A stretch of DNA of 45,596 bases, taken from a virus. Taxonomy: Duplodnaviria > Heunggongvirae > Uroviricota > Caudoviricetes. Each line of letters opens with the position of its first letter. The stretch's first letter is position 1. The notes under the pieces were generated by a model. The model worked only from the letters and a program-made list of their open reading frames with translations. It had not been told where the DNA came from and did not search any database. The position numbers and the translations under genes are program-made. The DNA is taken from IMG/VR virus record IMGVR_UViG_2778261121_000003, positions 1 through 45,596 of that record. One strand, written 5' to 3'. Of the stretch, positions 8,109 through 16,618 are shown in pieces.

Positions 8109-9683
8109 ATGGAATTGAACGACAAACAAATTAAGGATCTGGTGGCGCGACGCCACCCGGAATACGAAAAGAAAAAAGAACATTGGGACTTCCTCGCCAG
8201 CACTTACGCTGGCGGGCGTGGTTGGTTTACAGACAATATCTTTCGTTACTTTAAAGAGGGAGATCAGGAGTTTAAGGAGCGAGTTGAACGTGCTTATCGC
8301 TTCAACCACACTCGTGAGGTGGTAAACCTCATCAACAAATATCTCTTTAAAGAAGACATTCATAGAAATATCGAAGAGGCACCAGAGCAGATCCGCAATT
8401 TCTGGAAACGTGCGACCCGCCAGAATGCCTCTATTGACTCATTTATGGCCGCTATTGATTTGCAGTCGTCTATTTACGGTCGCATATGGGTTGTTGTCGA
8501 TAGCACGATGAGTGGTGATGTTGAGTCAGTAGCTGACGAGAAAAAGAAAGATGCTCGCGCCTACGCCTACTGGATTTCACCTCAGCAAATGCTGGATGTG
8601 GCATGGGACGACGACGGGAATATGTTGTGGGCGTTAATTGTGGAAGTCGCTCGTGATGACGCAGATCCTTTTACTTCTACAGGTCAGGAATACCAACGTT
8701 ATCGTCTGTGGACACAAAACGAGTGGTATCTGTTCCGTGAGGAAGTGAAGAAAGGCGCTGGTGGAGCGGGTCGCCGTCAGGCAAAAGTTATTTTAGAGGA
8801 TAGCGGTGCGCATAATCTCGGCGTAGTTCCTGTGTTTCCTGTTGATTGTATTGGAGAAAGTGAATCACCGTATTTCAGCCCATCGTTGATCGATGATATC
8901 GCTTATCTTGATCGTGCGGTTGCAAACTATCTGTCAAACCTTGATGCCATTATTCAGGATCAGACATTTAGCCAGTTGGCTATACCGGTACAGTCGCTTT
9001 TACCTGGTGATGAAAACCACACTAAAGTGCTTGAAATGGGCACAAAGCGAGTCTTCACCTACGATTCTGAAGGTGGAAACCAGCCGTTTTATCTGTCACC
9101 AGACCCGAAACAAGCTCAGATGATCATCACTACGATTAAGACGGTGATTAACGAAATCTACCATTCAGTTGGTGTAGCTGGTGAGCGAACGAAGCAGGAC
9201 AACGCACAGGGAATCGATAACTCATCTGGTGCCGCAAAAATGTATGACTTCCAGCGTGTAAATAGCTTGCTTGTCACAAAAGCAGAGCGTCTGGAAAGGG
9301 CTGAACGCCAAATCATGCTACTGGTTGCGAAATGGATGGGGGTAGATCTGGACGAAGACCACTCTTTAATTGCGTATCCAGAAAGTTTCGATATTCGTGG
9401 CCTTACAGATGAATTTTCTGTTGCCGAGAAACTGTCGTTACTTCAGGCACCGGACTCTGTACGTCGTCACCAGATGGAAATGCTGATTGAGAAGATTTTC
9501 CCGAACATCACTGAGGCGATGAAAAAGGAATTTGATAAAGATCTCTTGAATTTTCCGCCAAAAAATGATCTAAACACCCTTGAAAATAAGTCGGTACTTA
9601 CTTATGATCGTGGTGCAGCCCAAGAAAGCGGGCAAGATCAACCCCGAGGGAATGGGGACTCATCTACTCAAGAGAACGAGTGA
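8109..9683 (+). CDS. portal protein (putative)
   Basis: 524-aa ORF immediately after the large terminase; assignment by size and position; no motif verified. Confidence 0.7.
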   Translation: MELNDKQIKDLVARRHPEYEKKKEHWDFLASTYAGGRGWFTDNIFRYFKEGDQEFKERVERAYRFNHTREVVNLINKYLFKEDIHRNIEEAPEQIRNFWKRATRQNASIDSFMAAIDLQSSIYGRIWVVVDSTMSGDVESVADEKKKDARAYAYWISPQQMLDVAWDDDGNMLWALIVEVARDDADPFTSTGQEYQRYRLWTQNEWYLFREEVKKGAGGAGRRQAKVILEDSGAHNLGVVPVFPVDCIGESESPYFSPSLIDDIAYLDRAVANYLSNLDAIIQDQTFSQLAIPVQSLLPGDENHTKVLEMGTKRVFTYDSEGGNQPFYLSPDPKQAQMIITTIKTVINEIYHSVGVAGERTKQDNAQGIDNSSGAAKMYDFQRVNSLLVTKAERLERAERQIMLLVAKWMGVDLDEDHSLIAYPESFDIRGLTDEFSVAEKLSLLQAPDSVRRHQMEMLIEKIFPNITEAMKKEFDKDLLNFPPKNDLNTLENKSVLTYDRGAAQESGQDQPRGNGDSSTQENE

Positions 9684-9691
9684 TAAGTAAC
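9681..9691 (+). promoter_or_regulatory. conserved intergenic motif (TGATAAGTAAC)
   Basis: Motif-family member overlapping the portal stop codon, 14 bp upstream of the scaffold gene start. Confidence 0.3.
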
Positions 9692-9704
9692 AAAAGGAAT
9701 TTTT

Positions 9705-10592
9705 ATGAATCTGTGGCAAATGCTTTTGGCCAGTCGTGGTCTGATGGGTGTCGCTGAAGCGCATGAGCGTGGAGGCGCTGGCGGTGTAGCTGCTGATAAT
9801 GAGCAGAGTACACAAGATCCTGACAAACAGGGTGAACAAAAAGAGCAGCCGAAGGGTGATGACGAATACGCTGGCATGACTCATGAAGAGTTACTGGCCG
9901 AACTTCGTAAAACCAAGAAAGCTGGTGCTGAACTGCTGAAAGAGAACATGAAGCGCAAAGAGAAAGAGCGCACATTGGCCGATCAGCTTGCTCAGTACGG
10001 TGATATCGACCCGGCGCGTGCTCGCCAGCTTTTAGAAGCTGAACAGGCCGCAGAAAATGCACGTCGTGAGGCGGAGCAAGCTGAACTGGAGCGTCGTGGT
10101 GAGTTCGATGCTGTTAAAAAACAGATGATCGAAGCACACCAGGCAGAGCTGGCACAGCGTGACGAACGTTATACAGCACTGGAAAGTGAAAACGCATCAC
10201 TGAAATCTCAATTAGTCGAGATGACCGTGGGCGCTTCCTTCAGTAACTCTCTCTTCCTACGTGACAAAGTTCTGATGACTCCGGCAAAAGCCCGCGTGAT
10301 CTACGGTTCTCATTTTGAAGTGGGTGAAGACGGTAGCGTAGTGGGTTATGACAAACCGGCAGGTCATAAAGAACGAGCTGTTCTGGTTGACGGTGAAGGT
10401 AAGCCGTTGCCGTTTGAATCCGCGATTGAACGCATTGTGCGGGCAGATCCGGAAGCTGACGCATTGATGCGTAGCGAAGCCAAGCAGGGTGTAGGCTCAC
10501 ATTCCAAATCGACCTACACAATATCCCAACCGAAGAACAAGTCGACTATGGATAAGTTGGCCTCCGGTCTGGGGAAAATTGGACTTAAGTAA
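9705..10592 (+). CDS. putative scaffolding protein
   Basis: 295 aa, highly charged and Ala/Glu/Gln-rich (coiled-coil-like), located between portal and capsid genes. Confidence 0.55.
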   Translation: MNLWQMLLASRGLMGVAEAHERGGAGGVAADNEQSTQDPDKQGEQKEQPKGDDEYAGMTHEELLAELRKTKKAGAELLKENMKRKEKERTLADQLAQYGDIDPARARQLLEAEQAAENARREAEQAELERRGEFDAVKKQMIEAHQAELAQRDERYTALESENASLKSQLVEMTVGASFSNSLFLRDKVLMTPAKARVIYGSHFEVGEDGSVVGYDKPAGHKERAVLVDGEGKPLPFESAIERIVRADPEADALMRSEAKQGVGSHSKSTYTISQPKNKSTMDKLASGLGKIGLK

Positions 10593-10617
10593 CATCTAAA
10601 TCAAAGGGAATTGATAG

Positions 10618-11496
10618 ATGCCATTACTGCGTGAAGAAGCTGAAAAGCTGTCTAACAACGAACTTGAACAGGGTGTGATCGAAACTATCATCGATCGCGA
10701 TGACCTGTTTGCCATCCTGCCTTTTATGAAAATTAATTCAAAGGCATATCTGTACAACCGTGAAAAAACGCTGAGCGAAGCTACTTTCATTGATGTGAAC
10801 GACACCATCACCGAAGGTGCAGCAACCTTCGAAGAGAAAGTTGCGAAGCTGCGCATTCTGGCTGGCGACGTTGACGTCGACAAATTCCTGGCTACCACTA
10901 TGGCTGATACCAACAACCAGCTGGCTATCCAGGTTCGTCAGAAAGTCAAAGGTCTGGCTCGTGCCTTCCGTCGCAATCTGATTGTTGGCGACTCCACCAC
11001 TAACAACAAAGCCTTCGACGGTATTCCGAAGCTGATGCATGACGATCAGAAGATCGACATCTCCGGCGCATCCATGACTTTCTCTATGTTCGACGAACTG
11101 ATCGACGCAGTTAAAGATCTGGGCGCAGACTGCATCATGATGCGTTCTGAGCATCTTCGCGCATATCGTGCGCTGCTGCGAACTGTAAACGTAGGCCCGT
11201 CCGAAATCATGATGGAAAACTTCGGTCGACCAATGCTGTGCCATAACGGCGTTCCGTTTATCGTAAACGACTTCATTCCGGTTGTGGACTCCACCAAAGC
11301 GGATATCTACTGTCTGCACCTTTCTGAAGAGAACGGCGTTACTGGTCTGTATGGCGGCGACAACGCAGGTATCGTTGTTGAAAACATTGGTACTGTACAG
11401 AACAAAGACGCAGTACGTACCCGTGTGAAGTGGTACTGCTCTCTGGCGAATAAGCACGATAAGGCTATCGCTGCACTGACCAATGTAAAAATTTAA
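10618..11496 (+). CDS. major capsid protein (putative)
   Basis: 292-aa ORF after the scaffold gene and followed by a strong intrinsic terminator; positional inference. Confidence 0.6.
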   Translation: MPLLREEAEKLSNNELEQGVIETIIDRDDLFAILPFMKINSKAYLYNREKTLSEATFIDVNDTITEGAATFEEKVAKLRILAGDVDVDKFLATTMADTNNQLAIQVRQKVKGLARAFRRNLIVGDSTTNNKAFDGIPKLMHDDQKIDISGASMTFSMFDELIDAVKDLGADCIMMRSEHLRAYRALLRTVNVGPSEIMMENFGRPMLCHNGVPFIVNDFIPVVDSTKADIYCLHLSEENGVTGLYGGDNAGIVVENIGTVQNKDAVRTRVKWYCSLANKHDKAIAALTNVKI

Positions 11497-11505
11497 TCAG
11501 TGTGG

Positions 11506-11523
11506 TAGATAGGTAATTATCTA
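11506..11523 (+). promoter_or_regulatory. conserved intergenic motif variant (TAGATAGGTAATTATCTA)
   Basis: Palindromic variant of the motif family, immediately upstream of the terminator hairpin. Confidence 0.3.
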
Positions 11524-11530
11524 TGTTAAA

Positions 11531-11557
11531 GGGTGGGCTATACGCCCACCCTTTTTG
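11531..11557 (+). terminator. rho-independent terminator
   Basis: GGGTGGGC-tatac-GCCCACCC hairpin followed by TTTTT. Confidence 0.7.
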
Positions 11558-11569
11558 TAGGAGCGAGAA

Positions 11570-12490
11570 ATGCCAGAACAAAAGATGAAGATTACGGAAG
11601 AGGCATTTTCGGATTTTACGGGGCATATGTGCCGTGCCGGATTTACCAATTCTATCTCCAACGAACCTTTAACCGATCGACAGCAGAGTCAGCTATCTGC
11701 TTGTTTACAGGCGATTCCTTTCTTCCAAACCGTAAATATCACCCCGGTATCGCCGTCAATTATGGTTGGGGAAACGGTTCAATTAAGTGCAGGTATCACA
11801 ATGAGCAAGAGTGTTAGTTCGTTTACTTGGGAATCAGACAATGATCGAATTGCAACAGTAAACGACAGTGGGCTGGTGACAGGTGTGAATCCAGGGAAAG
11901 TAAATATTACTGCCACCGATCGGGAAACCCAGCTTTCAGCATCAGTGGAAGTTACGGTGAACCCAATTGCCGTTCAATCCGTAACTTTAACGCCGAACTC
12001 AACGAGTGTTGAGAAGGGTAATACGGTCAATCTGACAGCAAATATTCAACCGTCTAATGCGACTAATAAGGCAGTTACATGGACTTCCAAAAATGAGGAC
12101 AAGGCAACGGTAGACCAGAGTGGAAACGTTACTGGTGTTGAGGTTGGGACTGCCATAATCGAGGTTACTACAGAAGATGGCGGCAAAAAGGCAACCGCAA
12201 CGGTGGAAGTAACATCGCCTGTTGTGTCTGTTACTGGTGTCGAGATTGAACCAAGCAGCACGACAGTTGAAGAAAACAGCACTGTTCAGTTGACCGCAAA
12301 TGTAGAACCGGCAGGAGCCACAAATAAAACCGTTACTTGGGAATCCAAAAATACCGAGTTTGCAACGGTGGACAGCGAAACCGGTGTTGTAACTGGTGTT
12401 GCGGCTGGCACTGCCACAATCGAGGTTACTACCCAAGATGGTAGCCACAAAGCGACAGCTACTGTAGAAGTTACTGCCGCACAGGAATAA
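11570..12490 (+). CDS. Ig-like (BIG2-type) repeat protein, possible head decoration/surface protein
   Basis: 306 aa with three tandem ~85-aa repeats (pattern V..V.L.P....V..G.TV.LTA...P..ATNK.VTW.S.....ATVD..G.VTGV..GTA.I.VTT.DG...A...V.V); SD AGGAG. Confidence 0.75.
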   Translation: MPEQKMKITEEAFSDFTGHMCRAGFTNSISNEPLTDRQQSQLSACLQAIPFFQTVNITPVSPSIMVGETVQLSAGITMSKSVSSFTWESDNDRIATVNDSGLVTGVNPGKVNITATDRETQLSASVEVTVNPIAVQSVTLTPNSTSVEKGNTVNLTANIQPSNATNKAVTWTSKNEDKATVDQSGNVTGVEVGTAIIEVTTEDGGKKATATVEVTSPVVSVTGVEIEPSSTTVEENSTVQLTANVEPAGATNKTVTWESKNTEFATVDSETGVVTGVAAGTATIEVTTQDGSHKATATVEVTAAQE

Positions 12491-12495
12491 TCAAT

Positions 12496-12519
12496 ATTGG
12501 GCGGCTTTCGCCGCCCAAT
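12496..12519 (+). terminator. strong hairpin (terminator-like, no T-tract)
   Basis: ATTGGGCGGC-tttc-GCCGCCCAAT, 10-bp perfect stem directly after the stop of the Ig-like protein gene. Confidence 0.4.
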
Positions 12520-12535
12520 ATAGAGAGAAAGCGTT

Positions 12536-12970
12536 ATGAAACCAGCAAAAATTGTTTTATTAGAACCGCAATTTTCCGGTTATTCGGGAGTACTGTGTGG
12601 CGTTCAGTTCGAGAACGGGGTGTCCGTATCTGAGTTGCCTTTTATCGATCAGCAGAGGATTTGTGCCTCAATGCGAGCGTCAACAGTAGAGGGCAAAAAT
12701 GTTTCTCCGTCAGCCGCATACAGTGACCGTGGTGAATTGACAGTAGACATGATCACCGAGCCAGCAGCGCCTGACATTGTGCCAATGAAACGTGGGACGC
12801 CAGATGAACCGGCCAAACAGATCCAGACTTTCACACGAGAAGAGTTGGAGTCAATTGCAGACAATGAAGGCATTGCTGGTCTACGTGTGATTGGTAATCA
12901 GGTGGGTGTTAAAGCGAAAGGAATCGTCGAGATGATTGAAGGCATCCTGAAAGCACAAGGCGGTGATTAA
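12536..12970 (+). CDS. hypothetical virion-module protein
   Basis: 144-aa ORF inside the head/tail morphogenesis block. Confidence 0.55.
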   Translation: MKPAKIVLLEPQFSGYSGVLCGVQFENGVSVSELPFIDQQRICASMRASTVEGKNVSPSAAYSDRGELTVDMITEPAAPDIVPMKRGTPDEPAKQIQTFTREELESIADNEGIAGLRVIGNQVGVKAKGIVEMIEGILKAQGGD

Positions 12971-13803
12971 TGGCGCAGATCGACTCGTATCGTAGCGGTG
13001 AAGCTGTTTCTCTTTCATTTGCCTTCAACGTGCTGGATATCGAATCAGCTACCTACACAGTAAAGGACAGCACCGGGGCTATTCTCGTTGATGGTGAGTC
13101 GCTAGAAATTACCAGCGGGCAAATGTCGATTCCGGTTGTAGTGTCGGCTAAATATAATCGACTCTCTGAGAAAGAACGCGATCTGCGATACGTCATTGTG
13201 AAGGCTGTTGCATCAGGACTGACGCATGAAGAGCGACAAATGTATGTTCTGCTAAATAGTTTTGAACTGTCGATACCAGAACAGTCGTTTGCAACTGTCG
13301 CTGATGCTCAAATGCAGGCGATCGATATGCTGAATGGGGACACTTTGCTGTCGGATGGTGAAGGTTTAATGCGCAAGCGTCTCATTGAGGCTACCAGACG
13401 AATTAAAACTTTACCGTTCTCAATCCGCAAAATTCTACGTATCGACTTTGACCGATACGATCGTCCTCAAAATATGCTGAATGTGTATGACATTCCGTGG
13501 GGAGCAGATGGAGCATACCGGCATGATTTAGTTGATTGGGAAAAGATGACGCAGGAGAAGTTTGAAGAGTTCCCTGACTACTTCAAAGAAGCGTTGATGC
13601 TCGCCGTTGTCAACGAAGCGTGTGAGATCGCAAATGGCAATGATGTAGCCGCAGCACGAGAGGATGGCATTTTGTCAGAGTCCATCGGTGAAACAACCAA
13701 CATGTACCGTACCGGTAAAGCTGCAAACGTGCATGTGGCTCGCAGTACCTGGCGCTTGCTGGTCAGTTACATCAACAACCGTATGATTGTTCGCCGTGCG
13801 TAA
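12970..13803 (+). CDS. hypothetical head-tail joining/completion protein
   Basis: 277-aa ORF; start overlaps the upstream stop (TAATG); position between head and tail genes. Confidence 0.55.
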   Translation: MAQIDSYRSGEAVSLSFAFNVLDIESATYTVKDSTGAILVDGESLEITSGQMSIPVVVSAKYNRLSEKERDLRYVIVKAVASGLTHEERQMYVLLNSFELSIPEQSFATVADAQMQAIDMLNGDTLLSDGEGLMRKRLIEATRRIKTLPFSIRKILRIDFDRYDRPQNMLNVYDIPWGADGAYRHDLVDWEKMTQEKFEEFPDYFKEALMLAVVNEACEIANGNDVAAAREDGILSESIGETTNMYRTGKAANVHVARSTWRLLVSYINNRMIVRRA

Positions 13804-13882
13804 CGCCAGTCGCATTATTTACTTTTGGTCTAAAGGGTTTTTGGCCAGTAATGAGAGCGACCGACAACAACAGGGAGAGAGC

Positions 13883-14227
13883 ATGAATATTTCATGGCAA
13901 ACAGAAATTGCGATCTACCGCTTTGGCGCAAAGAACGTTTACGGTGAGGCGCAATTACAATTCGTCAGGAAGACGAATGTCGGCGTGGTTAAGTTCGAAC
14001 AGAGTAATGAGAAATCGTCAGTTCGTGCTGATAGCTCTGGTAGTCGTGGTAAGGCGAGTCTGGAGCTGTTTGATGCTGTGTTAGTTGTCCCTTTAGAAGC
14101 GGCTGTACAACTTGATGATGTGCTGATCCTTGAAGGTCAAAAATTAAAGGTGTCCAGTGTTCATCGCCGCTGGGGGCTACGAGGAAGACCTGGTCATCTT
14201 GAAGTGGGGGCGAATATATGGGTCTGA
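13883..14227 (+). CDS. hypothetical head-tail adaptor protein
   Basis: Preferred start ATG 13883 (MNISWQ...) with GGGAGAG SD; in-frame with track ORF 13787..14227. Confidence 0.5.
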   Translation: MNISWQTEIAIYRFGAKNVYGEAQLQFVRKTNVGVVKFEQSNEKSSVRADSSGSRGKASLELFDAVLVVPLEAAVQLDDVLILEGQKLKVSSVHRRWGLRGRPGHLEVGANIWV

Positions 14228-14691
14228 AATACGATGCGCATCAGTTCAAACGTGCGGGGAATAGACTCAATAACAGCCAGAAAGCATTTAAGCGATATCT
14301 TATTCGGGACATGGAAAAGCTGGCGCGTTTGGTTGAGCGTCTCAGCCGTGCAATGGCCCCGCTGGAAACCGGCTCTCTGGAGACAGCCATCTTTGCCAGG
14401 GTGATTAAAGAAGGTTATTCAGGGCTGCGCATTGAGCTTTCTGTGTCTGGAGCAAAACCACGTCAGGGGCATCCGGGCGTAGAAGTCGGTGACTATGCTA
14501 AGTACATGGAGCTGGGTAAATACCGACTCGGTTATCTTTCTCGAATGAAGAACGTGACAAACCCACCAATTGCCGGTGTTAAACCTCGTGTTGGGCCACA
14601 CTTTCTGGAAAGAGCGGTGGAAATTAGCGAGAAGCAGTTCTCAGAAGCGATTCTTGAGGCTGCCAGAAAAGCAGGTTTTACGAGAGGTTAA
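14218..14691 (+). CDS. hypothetical head-tail/tail-completion protein
   Basis: 157-aa ORF overlapping its neighbours. Confidence 0.55.
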   Translation: MGLKYDAHQFKRAGNRLNNSQKAFKRYLIRDMEKLARLVERLSRAMAPLETGSLETAIFARVIKEGYSGLRIELSVSGAKPRQGHPGVEVGDYAKYMELGKYRLGYLSRMKNVTNPPIAGVKPRVGPHFLERAVEISEKQFSEAILEAARKAGFTRG

Positions 14692-14692
14692 T

Positions 14693-15076
14693 GTGTTTAT
14701 TGAAGCGTTTGCAAGTTTGATGCAGAAGGCAAAGATTGGCATGGTCGGGACTGACATTTTCTGTCACTACTTGCCTGCCAATGTGAAATCTGGCGTCCTG
14801 CTTATTAACCCAAATACCGGTATCAGCATCGATCATGAGCTACAGGGCTTTTACCACGAATCATTCACAATAATTGTGCGTGGTTCGTCAATTACTACGA
14901 CGGTTGAGAAAGCCAATAAAATCATTGAGATGTTTCCAGTAGAGGAAACGGAATCTGGTGGTGTTTATTTTCGACTGGTACGACCGATGGCGATGCCAAT
15001 CATTTATCCCAAAAATGATGGAGCATTAATAGAAGCAGGCATTCCTGTTGAATTTGCTGGCTATTTATTGAATTAA
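14693..15076 (+). CDS. hypothetical tail terminator/completion protein
   Basis: Preferred GTG start at 14693 right after the upstream stop, with GAGAGG SD; in-frame with track ORF 14570..15076. Confidence 0.45.
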   Translation: MFIEAFASLMQKAKIGMVGTDIFCHYLPANVKSGVLLINPNTGISIDHELQGFYHESFTIIVRGSSITTTVEKANKIIEMFPVEETESGGVYFRLVRPMAMPIIYPKNDGALIEAGIPVEFAGYLLN

Positions 15077-15083
15077 GTTAATC

Positions 15084-15103
15084 GGTAAGTATATACTTAC
15101 TAT
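15084..15103 (+). promoter_or_regulatory. conserved intergenic motif (GGTAAGTATATACTTACTAT); possible sigma70-like promoter
   Basis: Motif-family member; upstream TTGAAT (15068-15073) and TATACT about 18 bp later resemble -35/-10 elements; 48 bp upstream of the major tail protein start. Confidence 0.4.
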
Positions 15104-15150
15104 TAGCGCAATGAATGCGTAGAATTAACGGAAAAAGGAGTTTTCCATCA

Positions 15151-15888
15151 ATGTCTAATACCCATGTAAAAAACATCAAACTTGGTGCCTGTAAGGTGTC
15201 GTTTGGTGGTGTGGATTTGGGTTACACCAAAGGTGGTGTTCAGGTTGAAGTGGCGACTGAGACTCTGAAAGTCACCGTAGACCAGCTAGGACAAACAACA
15301 ATATCCGAGTTGGTTCAAGGGCGTAACATCACCATCACTGCGCCTTTAGCAGAATCTGTGCTCAAAAATATGGTCGACTTGATGCCCGGCTCTTCTATGA
15401 GTGAAGAGGGGGATGTGGTGACTATTACATCAGCATATGGCGTAAACCTTATTGATGTGGCAAAAGAGTTAATCCTGACACCTCAGGATGGAACAGACTA
15501 TGTGCTGATTATTCCCAAAGCCGCTACAGCAGGCAACTTCACTATGACCTACCAGTCTGATGATGTTCGAGTGTTCTCTGTAGCTTTCTCTGCATACCCT
15601 GATGATAATGGTGTTCTTGGAAAAATGGCCACGCCTAAGCCTGTTCAAAGTGTAACTATTTCACCAGCATCACCTACTGTAAATGTTGGTGAAACAGTGC
15701 AGTTGAGTGTGGGTTTTACTCCGGCTGAGGCGACTAATAAGACGGGAATTTGGTCATCTGACTCTGAACATGCGAATGTTGATCAGAGAGGTTTAGTTAC
15801 AGGTGTAAGTGAGGGAACTGCAAATGTAACCTTTACGTCTGATGATGGCGCAAAAACGTCTACCGTCTCAGTCACCGTATCTGAATAA
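15151..15888 (+). CDS. major tail protein with C-terminal Ig-like (BIG2) domain
   Basis: Start ATG 15151 with AAGGAG SD; C-terminal ~80 aa match the Ig-like repeat pattern of the 11570 gene; followed by a terminator; position before the G/T chaperone and tape measure (lambda gpV-like architecture). Confidence 0.7.
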   Translation: MSNTHVKNIKLGACKVSFGGVDLGYTKGGVQVEVATETLKVTVDQLGQTTISELVQGRNITITAPLAESVLKNMVDLMPGSSMSEEGDVVTITSAYGVNLIDVAKELILTPQDGTDYVLIIPKAATAGNFTMTYQSDDVRVFSVAFSAYPDDNGVLGKMATPKPVQSVTISPASPTVNVGETVQLSVGFTPAEATNKTGIWSSDSEHANVDQRGLVTGVSEGTANVTFTSDDGAKTSTVSVTVSE

Positions 15889-15902
15889 ATAGAATTAATA
15901 AT

Positions 15903-15927
15903 GAGGCTCAGGATGAGCCTCTCTTTT
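15903..15927 (+). terminator. rho-independent terminator
   Basis: GAGGCTCA-gga-TGAGCCTC hairpin followed by TCTTTT. Confidence 0.65.
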
Positions 15928-15943
15928 AAAAGGATTTAAACCA

Positions 15944-16261
15944 ATGACCAAATTACTCGATCTCGATTCCATTCTGCCTCCGAAGAAAAGCATCAAATTT
16001 GGCGGTCAGGAATATCCCATCGTTGAAATGACGGTAGGTTTGTTCGTTTCCATCAAGCAGATGGAAGGCAAAGATCTCATGAACATGTCTCCTGTTGAGC
16101 AAGTGACAGCTTATGCAGATCTGGTTCGTAAGGTTATCCCTTCAGTACCTAACGAAGTTCTCGAAAAACTGACAGTTCCGCAACTCCAGCAGATCTTCAC
16201 CTTCGCTATGGAAGTGATTGATGAAGAAAACGAAAAAGCGGCTGGCGAAGGGGCAAAGTAA
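15944..16261 (+). CDS. tail assembly chaperone (lambda G-like)
   Basis: 105-aa acidic protein directly upstream of the tape measure gene, with an overlapping -1 frame ORF (G/GT arrangement). Confidence 0.7.
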   Translation: MTKLLDLDSILPPKKSIKFGGQEYPIVEMTVGLFVSIKQMEGKDLMNMSPVEQVTAYADLVRKVIPSVPNEVLEKLTVPQLQQIFTFAMEVIDEENEKAAGEGAK

Positions 16262-16611
16262 TTTCCCGCGATGAATCCGGGACAAGGACCGTTTCAATAG
16301 ATCTCGGATTCTATTTCAGTCGTGTAGTTGCTCACTACGCTGTGTCGCCATTAGAGCTATTGAACATCCCTCTCACGATGTTCTGGATGCTCAGTCGCAA
16401 TATAGACCGTCTGCGTGCGGAAGAGGATGTCCGCAACTTACAAGTCGCTCGTGCGTCCCAGGCGGATGGCGATGCTGTGAAGGCGTTCATGGAGGGTTTG
16501 CAACTCAGGATTGGAAGACCAGTCGTAACAGATAAAGTCTACGATCCAAGCCAGGATAAGGCAGACCCTGACGCCAAAGAGCAACTGATGCAAATATTTG
16601 GCAGAGGATGA
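16225..16611 (+). CDS. tail assembly chaperone frameshift extension (lambda T-like part of a G-T fusion)
   Basis: -1 frame relative to the G-like ORF is open from 16225 (no stop before the track ORF 16342..16611); A-rich slippery tract GAAAAAG at 16232-16238 inside the overlap; ends just inside the tape measure start. Confidence 0.5.
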   Translation, partial: RKRKSGWRRGKVISRDESGTRTVSIDLGFYFSRVVAHYAVSPLELLNIPLTMFWMLSRNIDRLRAEEDVRNLQVARASQADGDAVKAFMEGLQLRIGRPVVTDKVYDPSQDKADPDAKEQLMQIFGRG

Positions 16612-16618
16612 CAAGGGA

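Noticed and set aside
10738-11457. 239-aa minus-strand ORF inside the major capsid gene
   Set aside because: Antisense to a gene with good start context and operon position; no independent support.
16342-16611. Independent GTG-initiated 89-aa ORF downstream of the G-like chaperone gene
   Set aside because: No SD, and its frame is open upstream through the end of the G-like gene; better explained as the T-part of a -1 frameshift G-T fusion.
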